From Amoeboradix gromovi X-113 (lineage: Eukaryota; Fungi; Sanchytriomycota), in the NCBI GenBank assembly GCA_018985225.1, contig JADGIF010000340.1, positions 1 through 10,579 of the forward strand: a stretch of 10,579 nt of DNA, read 5' to 3'. A model generated the notes under the pieces. That model was not told where the DNA came from. It saw nothing but the letters and a program-made list of their open reading frames with translations, and ran no database searches. This document shows, in pieces, positions 1 to 8,054 of this stretch. Both the position numbers and the translations under genes were made by a program. Within the stretch, counting starts at the first letter, position 1. Each line of letters opens with the position of its first letter.

Positions 1-114
1 TGGATGAAAGAGTAAGGGAATAGCTGTACAGAATATTTATTTTCCTTTTATACTCGTCAACTCCGCAACTAGCTGAATGTCCACTCGCTTCTTAAATAAT
101 GTTCCAAATTGTTA

Positions 115-151
115 CAGAAAGTTAGTCCAGTTTTTATATTTAATGTCCCAT
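115..151 (+). repeat. Dispersed ~35-bp motif, copy A (cagaaagttagtccagtttttatatttaatgtcccat)
   Basis: 115..150 is 32/36 identical to the reverse complement of 6013..6048. It shares the exact 15-mer ttagtccagttttta (122..136) with the reverse complement of 5498..5512. It lies about 100 nt upstream of the peroxiredoxin ATG. Confidence 0.85.
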
Positions 152-251
152 ATGGATTTACTCCTATAAATGCAATCAAAAACATTTAGTGATTTAGTGA
201 AATCATGTCTGTTGTCTAAAAAATCACCAAAAGGTATAAAAGGAACGCTAT

Positions 252-917
252 ATGACTGAATTACAAATGAGCAACAATTTAAAAATCGGTTCTAAAGCTC
301 CAGATTTTGACGCGGAAACTAGCCATGGTAAGATGAACTTCTACGAAGCGCTTGGCAATAAATGGACGATATTCTTCTCTCATCCAAAAGATTCCACACC
401 GGTCTGCACTACTGAGGTCTCAGATTTAGCCAAGCACGCAGCAGAATTTGATAAGCGAGGATTCGGGTTGATTGGCTTGAGCTGCGATGACTTAGAATCT
501 CACAAAAAATGGTTAGCAGACATCGAAAAATATGCAGAATGCAAAGTAGAGTTTCCACTCATTGCCGATGAGGACCGATCTGTGGCAACCAAATTCGATA
601 TGTTGCAGGACCCATCAAATGTGGATGATTCTGGAAAGCAGCTATCAGTACGATCAGTCTTCTTTATTGATCCAAACAAAACTATTCGAGCAATGCTGTT
701 TTATCCAGCCGCAATTGGAAGAAATACCTTAGAGTTGCTGCGAATTGCAGATGGGCTACTACAGTTGGACAAGTTCCAGTGTTCAACACCGGCTAACTGG
801 ACGCCTGGAAAGCAGATCGTTGTTCCACCCAGCATGAAGGGCAGTGATCTGGACAAGTACAAAAATGTCAAAGAGGAATTGCCGTATTTAAAACTTGCAG
901 ATGACGCGCAACAATAA
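252..917 (+). CDS. PRX1: 1-Cys peroxiredoxin (Prx6 / yeast Prx1 class)
   Basis: Family motifs present: IGSKAPDF, FFSHPKDSTPVCTTE (Prx6 signature PVCTTE), FPLIADEDR, VRSVFFIDP (catalytic Arg), YPAAIGRN..ELLR and TPANW.PG. The true start may be the second ATG at 267, because a TATAAA at 235..240 is only 11 nt before ATG 252. Confidence 0.96.
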   Translation: MTELQMSNNLKIGSKAPDFDAETSHGKMNFYEALGNKWTIFFSHPKDSTPVCTTEVSDLAKHAAEFDKRGFGLIGLSCDDLESHKKWLADIEKYAECKVEFPLIADEDRSVATKFDMLQDPSNVDDSGKQLSVRSVFFIDPNKTIRAMLFYPAAIGRNTLELLRIADGLLQLDKFQCSTPANWTPGKQIVVPPSMKGSDLDKYKNVKEELPYLKLADDAQQ

Positions 918-1374
918 ATTTAAGTTGATTTATTTCTGGATCCTAGCCAAATTAGCTTCACTTTAGTTGAACTGCAATATCATGTAGCTGCATTACGCTG
1001 TAAATCTTAATACTCCAACAAATCAGTTTCAGAGCATTTTTAGATTTTTGTGTGCCTTAGTCGATGTTATAGTAATTCAACACCTTCTAAAATGCTTCTT
1101 GTATTTCGCTCTTCATTTCCAATGTGCTACATATTACAGTACTTTTGAGCGACTGGATATAGAAACTATATTAAGACTGGAATAAGCTGCGGAGCTATAG
1201 AAAGATATTAATCCAGAACTTGTCCATTTGCAACACAATTCAGTGATGTAGGTTCTTAGGCAGACGCGGAAAGGTTATAACCGACTCCAAAAATGGTACT
1301 CCACAATTTGCATTGAGTTTGCACCAATCATTATCCAAACAAAATTAACAAATTGCAACTCTTTATTCAAGTTC

Positions 1375-1680
1375 ATGTCGCAAGCAGAGAGTTTTCAGTT
1401 TAGTGTAAGTGAAAAATCTCAAAATAAACCAAATGGCTTATACAAACCAAGCCCCAGAGAGATGGTACACCACGATTATCAGACAGCAACACGTGAAAGA
1501 AAAAAAGCTGAAGGTGGATATGGTGCTTTGAATTGCTCAAAGTTAACCTTGGGATACTCTACTTGTTGCTTTTGCGTTGTAAGCGTAATCATTATTATTG
1601 TGATAATCATAGCAGTATCAAGCTCCAGAGCGGCCACTATAAAATCAACAGTTACTTCGAATTCTAAGACACGTCATTAA
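1375..1680 (+). CDS. Hypothetical small single-pass membrane protein (101 aa)
   Basis: ATG-started ORF with a polar N-terminus, a Cys cluster (CCFC) and one very hydrophobic helix (VVSVIIIIVIIIAV), then a Ser/Thr/basic tail. ATTAAA overlaps the stop codon. No family recognised. Confidence 0.55.
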   Translation: MSQAESFQFSVSEKSQNKPNGLYKPSPREMVHHDYQTATRERKKAEGGYGALNCSKLTLGYSTCCFCVVSVIIIIVIIIAVSSSRAATIKSTVTSNSKTRH

Positions 1681-2216
1681 ATGTTTATAATTTACTGGTT
1701 TACTTTCTACATGTGATCTTTTGCAACCATATTACTCTGCCCTTGCTTGTTTCAAACAATAAGTACTCGCTAAAAAACCTTGATTTCTGGAAAAAACAAG
1801 GGTTTCCACAGAGAAGTAAATAATTACTTTGCTATTGATTGCAAGGTGATTTCACAAATTATGAAACAATTATATAACTATGCAAAGATGCTCCATTTAG
1901 AGAGATGGAGTTCATGTAACTTAGCTACCTAGTGGCTGGAAGACAGGTTTACTACAATTTTTTCCAATTAAGTCTTCTACCCTTTGTTAGAACACATTCA
2001 ATGATTTGAAGATCATTATAAAATGCGTTCATATTTCTATCTTTAGGGACATCATTTTAAGTGTGCCCGCATAAGATTGGACCCTGCAAGGTTATTTCGC
2101 TTTTCTACTGCTCTACCGTTACAGAGCATTTCCTGTGTGCTTTTTGGGAAGAAATTGCTAGCCAGCAGATATTGCTTTTAAACGAAATAGCTGTTATATA
2201 TCATGTTAATTTATTA

Positions 2217-5200
2217 TTACTGTTTCTTTGTTCCCAACAAGTATGGTCCAATAAACTCAAAGAACGCAAATTGCTTTGCACTGGTCCCATATTTATACAC
2301 AAATCTACTTGCTAAATACGTCCCAAATATAGCTCGCATATATGGATCAGGCACTCTATTCATAATCTTCTGCAGTCCCACAGTTTCAATCAACAATTTT
2401 GGCAACGCTTCCATCAACACCGTAGTTCTTAATCCTTCGTTCTCATAAAGACTACTATTGACCAGTTCCTCCTTCAATTGAACTATAGCGTAGCTTAGTT
2501 TGTCGCTCAAAATACTTTTTGGTGTGTTGGTTAACTCTCCTTCTCTCCACAAACATTCGAATTCTAAATCAGCATTCTTTTCGATTTTGAGGTGCACCTG
2601 CTTGATGTAATCGTTATAGAATGCAGGCATTTCCCCATTCTTCTGACCCATCATATGCTTTTGATACTCTGCATCATCAAAGCTTAGTGCAGCCAATACT
2701 TCCATACTACTACTAGTAACTCCTCCCTTGTTAGCACTAGCATCTTTAAAAATCACGCAACCACTCTGTTCTAATCTCAATCTTGCGTCTTGCGTAATGA
2801 ATAAATTAGCACCTTCTACCATCCATTTAAACTTGCATTTACCATTTGTAATTAGTCTGCCTACATTGCTAAGATCTATGCTCTCTGGTCTACCTCCGCA
2901 GGGCACGAATAAGTCAAATTTGTATTCTTGTAATAAATGAAACTCATTTCTAAATGCCAATCCACTGGAGACAATAATTGGACTACCTACAGGTACAACT
3001 GTATATCCGTTAGCTGTAGGCTGCTGGACAGTAGCAGGTGGCAATTTCACATCTTTACTCTCTACGCTTATGTAAAATCCATACTCGCTTAGCAATTTAA
3101 CATCGAAGTTATTGCTCATTAATCTGGCATTTGCCAATCGTAACAACTCTTGCCTGTTTAGTCCCATTGGATCCCATAAAACACCGCTACCGTCTACGAT
3201 ACCCACAGTAATATCCAAAGATGTTTTGATCTCATTACTTCCTAAATCACCATCTGGTCCACCTGTTTGTAATTTAGTGGTAGTGTACTCATTAATCCCT
3301 AACTTACGATAGATACCCAGCACGTACTGGTGAACTGATTTAGTGGTCATACCAAACAGATCATGAGGTATTCCACCAAGTGATTGAGACTTTCCAGTTG
3401 TGAATGCTTTCCAAAACCCTGCATCTCTCTTTTTAGCATGCAATGCAGCCCAATCCATGACGTCCGCAGTTCCCTCATCTGGCCCAAAGAACAAGATTTC
3501 AGGGACTCTTAGTTTATCAACTAAAAGTTCTTTAATGCCGGGAGTGTGGCCTGGAAGGAGCAGATCTAGAATCGAATCCGTGTACTTCATAAATGCTTGC
3601 TTGCTCTTATCTTGGTGCAACACATCCATTAAAATAGTACCTTTACTACCTCCTTCAGGGATGTCCTTGTTCTTCTTTTGCTGAGTCAGTGCTAAAGCAT
3701 AGTTTTCATCAAATAGTGTTCGCAGATTGATACTGTAATTCTCTTTGTTTCTACTTTTGATGATTCTAATTCCACCACGGGCAATATCTCTGAATCTGAC
3801 ATGGAAGCCTCTGAACTCTGTTCCTACAACCATAAATATACCATAGGGTCTATTAGGATACTCCACGTCCGGCAGATACATAGGATCTAATCGGAATGAC
3901 AGCGCAACCTTTGTTGGCGTGTAAAAGTTGGTTTTGAGCACGTGTCTGTTAAACTGCAATATACATTCAAACACCATAAACTCGTGTTTATTACTGGTAG
4001 ACTTCTTGATCAGCTCCAGTAACTCATCGTCAGAATAGATTTGCTGTTTATTGATTCGTTGATACGATAAAGTGGGATGAGCTGTTTGTTCTTTGGCACT
4101 TACATAGTGATCCATCGCAAAATGAATATATAGCTGCTTGATCAACTCTGGGTACAGTGACATAATGTCCAATATATACTCTCGAGTAAAAGTATCAGTT
4201 CTTAACCTCTTCTTGATGTTGACTAGTACTTCCACATGGCTAGGATCCGTTAAAACACTAGCCAGTGACTTGTACTCACTTCCCAAGCGATTGAGAAAAT
4301 GCTGGCAAAATATCCAAGCACAATGTCCGTACATTGTTTCTTGGACTGAGAGAAGATTTAGCGTGAAGAACTGCTTGTGAAGTGGGGTGATGGGCAAGCA
4401 ATAGATTAAACTAGCTTCCTTGATGATTTGATGAATGGATTGTTCAATAGGAATCTTGATGTTAGCAAGGGGATTCAAATAAAAGGACATGATCGTGATA
4501 CCATTACTGAATTGCTCAACGTATTTACGGGTACTATATAAATCATAGTAATGGTACAAGTCAGACATTGCGCTAAAAAAATTTGTAGTAGATTCCTGCT
4601 TGTACGCAATTACAAGTCGCTGTTCTCTACTACCTTTGATATTAAACGATTCAATAACAGGACCTGTTCTAGTTAGAGCTTCACGCATGCAAGATTGATA
4701 AAGTTCAAGCGTATTGTCAGTAGCCTTTTCAAGAAATATCACATCCCCTACGAGTCTGATGTCTAACTGCTCGATATCATTAGGTGAAGGCTTATTAAAC
4801 TGACATTTCTTCAAAAAGTAGCAACGAACCTGGGTTGAGTTGTCTTGCGATACAGTGCCGTGTGATCTAAAAGATTCTAAACGATACAACTGCTTAGAAT
4901 CAAGATATTTGGAATCAATTGTACGTTCTACTTGGGGACCAGTACTTGTAGATACACCTGGTTTGCTACTAGATATAATAACAGCATAGTCTTCCTCATA
5001 TCGTTCTAAATGAATTTCTAAAGGCTGATCGGTAGTAGCGCTGGAATAAGATGTAATTTTAGACCCGTACAAAGCGACAATGTGATTAGCAATTGTGGAA
5101 ACAGCTGAATGTTGGAAGTATTGATCGTCAATGCCTAAATGACCATAAAACCAGGAAACCTCAGCATCAACTAACTCAGCTGGTAGATATCCTTTATCAC

Positions 5201-5309
5201 GAATATTTTGGCCAACCTCTTGCATCTGCTTGGATTTATCTTTGAAAATGGTGCCATGGTAACCAGCATCACTTTGGCCTGTGTTATTGAATGAATTGAC
5301 GTTCAACAT
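2217..5309 (-). CDS. GDH2: NAD-specific glutamate dehydrogenase, large (~1000 aa) fungal/eukaryotic type
   Basis: 1030-aa ORF with diagnostic blocks FRGFHVRFRDIARGGIR, QQKKNKDIPEGGSKG, FFGPDEGTA, FTTGK..GGIPHD..GMTT, QTGGPDGDLGSNE, FVPCGGRPE, EGANLF and KDASANKGGVTSSSMEV, plus the long N-terminal region typical of fungal Gdh2. Confidence 0.97.
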   Translation of the reverse strand: MLNVNSFNNTGQSDAGYHGTIFKDKSKQMQEVGQNIRDKGYLPAELVDAEVSWFYGHLGIDDQYFQHSAVSTIANHIVALYGSKITSYSSATTDQPLEIHLERYEEDYAVIISSSKPGVSTSTGPQVERTIDSKYLDSKQLYRLESFRSHGTVSQDNSTQVRCYFLKKCQFNKPSPNDIEQLDIRLVGDVIFLEKATDNTLELYQSCMREALTRTGPVIESFNIKGSREQRLVIAYKQESTTNFFSAMSDLYHYYDLYSTRKYVEQFSNGITIMSFYLNPLANIKIPIEQSIHQIIKEASLIYCLPITPLHKQFFTLNLLSVQETMYGHCAWIFCQHFLNRLGSEYKSLASVLTDPSHVEVLVNIKKRLRTDTFTREYILDIMSLYPELIKQLYIHFAMDHYVSAKEQTAHPTLSYQRINKQQIYSDDELLELIKKSTSNKHEFMVFECILQFNRHVLKTNFYTPTKVALSFRLDPMYLPDVEYPNRPYGIFMVVGTEFRGFHVRFRDIARGGIRIIKSRNKENYSINLRTLFDENYALALTQQKKNKDIPEGGSKGTILMDVLHQDKSKQAFMKYTDSILDLLLPGHTPGIKELLVDKLRVPEILFFGPDEGTADVMDWAALHAKKRDAGFWKAFTTGKSQSLGGIPHDLFGMTTKSVHQYVLGIYRKLGINEYTTTKLQTGGPDGDLGSNEIKTSLDITVGIVDGSGVLWDPMGLNRQELLRLANARLMSNNFDVKLLSEYGFYISVESKDVKLPPATVQQPTANGYTVVPVGSPIIVSSGLAFRNEFHLLQEYKFDLFVPCGGRPESIDLSNVGRLITNGKCKFKWMVEGANLFITQDARLRLEQSGCVIFKDASANKGGVTSSSMEVLAALSFDDAEYQKHMMGQKNGEMPAFYNDYIKQVHLKIEKNADLEFECLWREGELTNTPKSILSDKLSYAIVQLKEELVNSSLYENEGLRTTVLMEALPKLLIETVGLQKIMNRVPDPYMRAIFGTYLASRFVYKYGTSAKQFAFFEFIGPYLLGTKKQ

Positions 5310-5482
5310 TGCCGTAACAAGGAGCCCAGCTTCATAAACAATTCAAGGGGAAATTAGCCAATATCGCCAATGCAGGTGACTAGAAAGTTAAAATGTGGCT
5401 AATTTTACGATTCTAGATTGACATTAATGATCTCATCGTCCTTTAAATGTATCACCAATAACCAATTTTTCATTAGAAGTAA

Positions 5483-5513
5483 GTGGAACGCCCACTGTAA
5501 AAACTGGACTAAA
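5483..5513 (-). repeat. Dispersed motif, copy B
   Basis: The minus strand reads tttagtccagtttttacagtgggcgttccac, 24/31 identical to the consensus, with an exact 15-mer shared with copy A. It lies about 175 nt upstream of the GDH2 ATG on the gene's sense strand. Confidence 0.7.
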
Positions 5514-5988
5514 TAATTTAAATTAGTACCTATATTTCATCTCCTAAAGATTTAGCAAAATAATTTTGCTGCTTTTTCTTTTCTTTAAAGTTAGTCTTTC
5601 ACAATTTTTTTAATACGTGGTTTGTTGTCTTCACAACCTTTTGGAATTCCGTTGGCAACCCGATTGCTTAAGCGTGATCCAAATGCTCTAGAAAAACCTT
5701 CGTATATTGGCTTTGTTTTCTTTTCTTTGGAGGTACATCCTTAGTCGTACAATAGCCTAATGTTTTATTTCTTCTCACAAAGCATCATATAAATGAGAAC
5801 CAAAGTATTTATTTCAAGTTTTGTCTAATTTTGCAAAGGCTTACTATTGTAAGTGATTATCCATACCTTTTGCATACCAACGATGAATTGATTACATAAC
5901 AAGTAGCACTTTACTTACATGAAAGATAATATGAACTGAATCTATTGTTGCTAATCTACCATAGTACTATGTTCGGGCTCTGGATTGG

Positions 5989-6048
5989 TTTATGTTTGAT
6001 GTATCATACAATTAGGACATCAAATATAAAAATTAGACTAACTTTCTG
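5989..6048. repeat. Inverted pair of the motif: partial + arm (5989..6007) and full - copy C (6013..6048)
   Basis: tttatgtttgatgt (5989..6002) pairs with acatcaaatataaa (6017..6030) at 13/14 positions plus one G:T, with a 14-nt loop. Copy C is 32/36 identical to copy A. Confidence 0.85.
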
Positions 6049-6391
6049 AAAAAGTTCGAATCATTATTTCAAGTGTATTAACCGATAGTAAACTAAAATA
6101 AATTAATCTTTTCAAGCCTATTATTTTAGTATAAAAGCTTTTCATCCATCAAAATCTTAGAAACAATGATTAATAAGAAGAGAAACCAAAAAATAAGTGA
6201 TACGAAAGGTGGTAAAAAGAAAAAGATAGAGTATCGTCTAAGAGATTGCACCTTTTGCTTAGATACTCAAAGACCTTACTTGAAAGAGATATTGGGTCAT
6301 CTTGTTTTATTTTAAAGAGAGGAATGACATTAATGAAAAAGAATTGGTTTGAAAGAAGAAGGACTTTTATTAATAATAGTATTTCTTCCTT

Positions 6392-6520
6392 ATGGAGCAC
6401 CTCCTTTAAAAAAGACTTTGTCTAGTTTTATATTTGGTGTCCCATTTAGGAATTCAAATATACCATAATTGAAAATGTTGAATCTTCGACTTATTTTAAT
6501 TTTTATATTTCATAATTCAT
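6392..6520. repeat. Cluster of alternating-orientation motif copies around copy D (6417..6447 +)
   Basis: D shares the exact 17-mer tatttggtgtcccattt (6431..6447) with 8009..8025. It is flanked by degenerate minus copies at about 6392..6418 (tggagcacc..., as in copy E) and 6447..6462 (14/16 identical to 6013..6028). A degenerate plus copy lies at 6488..6520 (core taatttttatattt). Confidence 0.75.
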
Positions 6521-6761
6521 AAGCTTAAGGCCAAATACTAAGAATATTTGGTTGCGAATGGATTAGCATTGCGTCACGGTGTCAACACACGTGAATGCAT
6601 TAAAATAGCACGAAATCTAAAGGCTTGTCCCGGTACCTAAGAAAAGCTTGACGGTAAAGAGAGTGAGTCTAAAGCAACTATTTCTAGGGAAATCGATTAT
6701 GTATAGTAGCTGTGACATTTAACAAAAAGCGATTGCAGACTTTCCTATTGCATGTTGCGTT

Positions 6762-6790
6762 TGGAGCACCAAATATAAAATTGGAGTAAC
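6762..6790 (-). repeat. Dispersed motif, copy E
   Basis: The minus strand reads gttactccaattttatatttggtgctcca, which aligns to copies F and D (gttactc head, tatttggtg core). Confidence 0.8.
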
Positions 6791-7342
6791 TCAAAAATCT
6801 CAAAGTTTTGAAAATAAGACTTCAGAATCATTGAAATGTGATCTTTTCAAAAATATTAGTATTGGGTTGGTACGACTATTATTCATGTCTGTTTATTATT
6901 GAAGAGATATTTATGTAAAACGAATGTAATAATTCGATAAACTTTATTGACCAACCAAACTCACTATTATTTACACAATTCTGATATTTCCTTAAAATAA
7001 TTTTAAGTCCAAGGCTATTTATTTTATAATCTAAATAAGTTAGAGGAAATATAGATATATCAAGATTATTACCGAATTCGTTGTAAACTTTGGACCCAGA
7101 TGAGTATATGACTTGTTTAAAATAAACATGTCTGGAAATTTCATTAGATTTTTGGACGAGCTTGGAGAACCAAATCAAAATGATGTAGTATAAACAATAA
7201 CAATGGAATTTAAATATTTTTATTTCAATTTTAGTTACTAACTAATTTGAGTTAACCACTTAATGTTTTCTGTGAAATTTAAATATGATATCCTGTTGCT
7301 CAATTATAGTGCTTCAAAAATAGGCAGGTGATTGAAAATCAC

Positions 7343-7657
7343 ATGGGAAAAGAAAAATACAAAAGAGTTATTGAAATAGATGATATTCGGCCTATGGATG
7401 AAGTATCTTTCTAGACTATGAGTAAAAGTCACTCAATTTTGGCTGTTCTGGGACTGGGGACCGCTATTTAAAGTGGACCTGTGCACTTGCAACTACTTGG
7501 AAAACATTAAAACCACAACTTTTTTAGGAAAAAGGATCAATTGTTACAACGAGACTGCATCAAATCCAAAAGAAGCAATACCTGCACCAACAAACAATAA
7601 ATGAGATTTGAAGTTACTTTCATGTTTGTCTTTGAATTAAAGGATGGGGTTTTATGA
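7343..7657 (+). pseudogene. Possible heavily decayed IS630/Tc1-like DDE transposase fragment
   Basis: IDDIRPMDEVSF* is followed after a frameshift by NFGCSGTGDR, resembling the first-D block (DExxF...G.S..G.R) of IS630/Tc1 transposases. Further on is RFEVTFMFVFELKDGVL*. This is resemblance by eye only and needs stops and frameshifts. Confidence 0.2.
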
Positions 7658-7920
7658 AGATAAGGACTTAGTTTAAAAAAATAAACAAATTAGATTATAG
7701 AGTTAAAAGCAAGCATTATTGTAAAAGTGTAACATAATTTAGACGAAATAAAGACCTGATTTATTCACTTAATAGTCAAGGATTTTGTATCGTAAACATT
7801 TTCAAATAAGCGATTTCAACTTATCCAGGAGTTAACCGTGATCTAATTGAAATGCGTGTTTATCTCTGTATGCAGTAGTACTAATGAAGGCTCATATTTT
7901 GATCACGTTGGTTGACAATG

Positions 7921-8025
7921 GTTACTCTAGTTTTTATGTTTGGTTTAGAATATTATTTTCAAATCAAGATATCTCGAAATGCTGTTTTAAAAGTTACTCT
8001 AGTTTTTCTATTTGGTGTCCCATTT
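7921..8025 (+). repeat. Tandem pair of the motif: copy G (7921..7944) and copy F (7989..8025)
   Basis: The exact 15-mer gttactctagttttt occurs at 7921 and 7993, 72 nt apart. F shares an exact 17-mer with D and ends 29 nt before ATG 8055. Confidence 0.85.
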
Positions 8026-8054
8026 GTAAAGGGTTTGGAGATAAAACAACAAAC

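Noticed and set aside
2987-3029. Possible intron explaining the GDH2 insertion (GCTAAC branch-like site followed by CAG/TAG on the minus strand)
   Set aside because: The only local donor is a weak GTCCAG, and removal of 31 or 43 nt would shift the frame of the conserved downstream domain.
2061-4380. Plus-strand ORFs 2061..2315, 2203..2448, 2728..2940, 3112..3312, 3400..3684 and 4138..4380
   Set aside because: They are antisense shadows overlapping GDH2, mostly with non-ATG starts and no recognisable motifs.
5587-5597. Further partial motif matches (aaagttagtct here; also near 2044, 5523, 5816, 7280 and 7610)
   Set aside because: Too short or degenerate to distinguish from chance in AT-rich DNA without a profile score, so not counted as copies.
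6054-6062. GTTCGAATC resembling a Pol III B-box / tRNA T-loop next to copy C
   Set aside because: No convincing A-box, T-stem or cloverleaf, so it is not callable as a tRNA or SINE.
6170-7178. Minus-strand ORFs 6170..6400 and 6879..7178
   Set aside because: They start at GTG and TTG in a eukaryotic context, have AT-driven composition, and show no motifs.
7818-7925. YPGVNRDLIE and LVDNG as the E and second-D blocks of a DDE transposase
   Set aside because: They occur in the wrong order relative to the D..D..E triad and match the consensus poorly.
5483-8025. Interpreting the repeat family as a CRISPR array
   Set aside because: Copies are divergent, in mixed orientation and irregularly spaced. 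There are no cas genes and the context is eukaryotic.
7884-8054. 57-aa N-terminal extension of the J-protein ORF
   Set aside because: It runs through repeat copies G and F (translating as GYSSFYVW and SYSSFSIW). ATG 8055 has A at -3 and G at +4 and sits exactly at the J-domain start.
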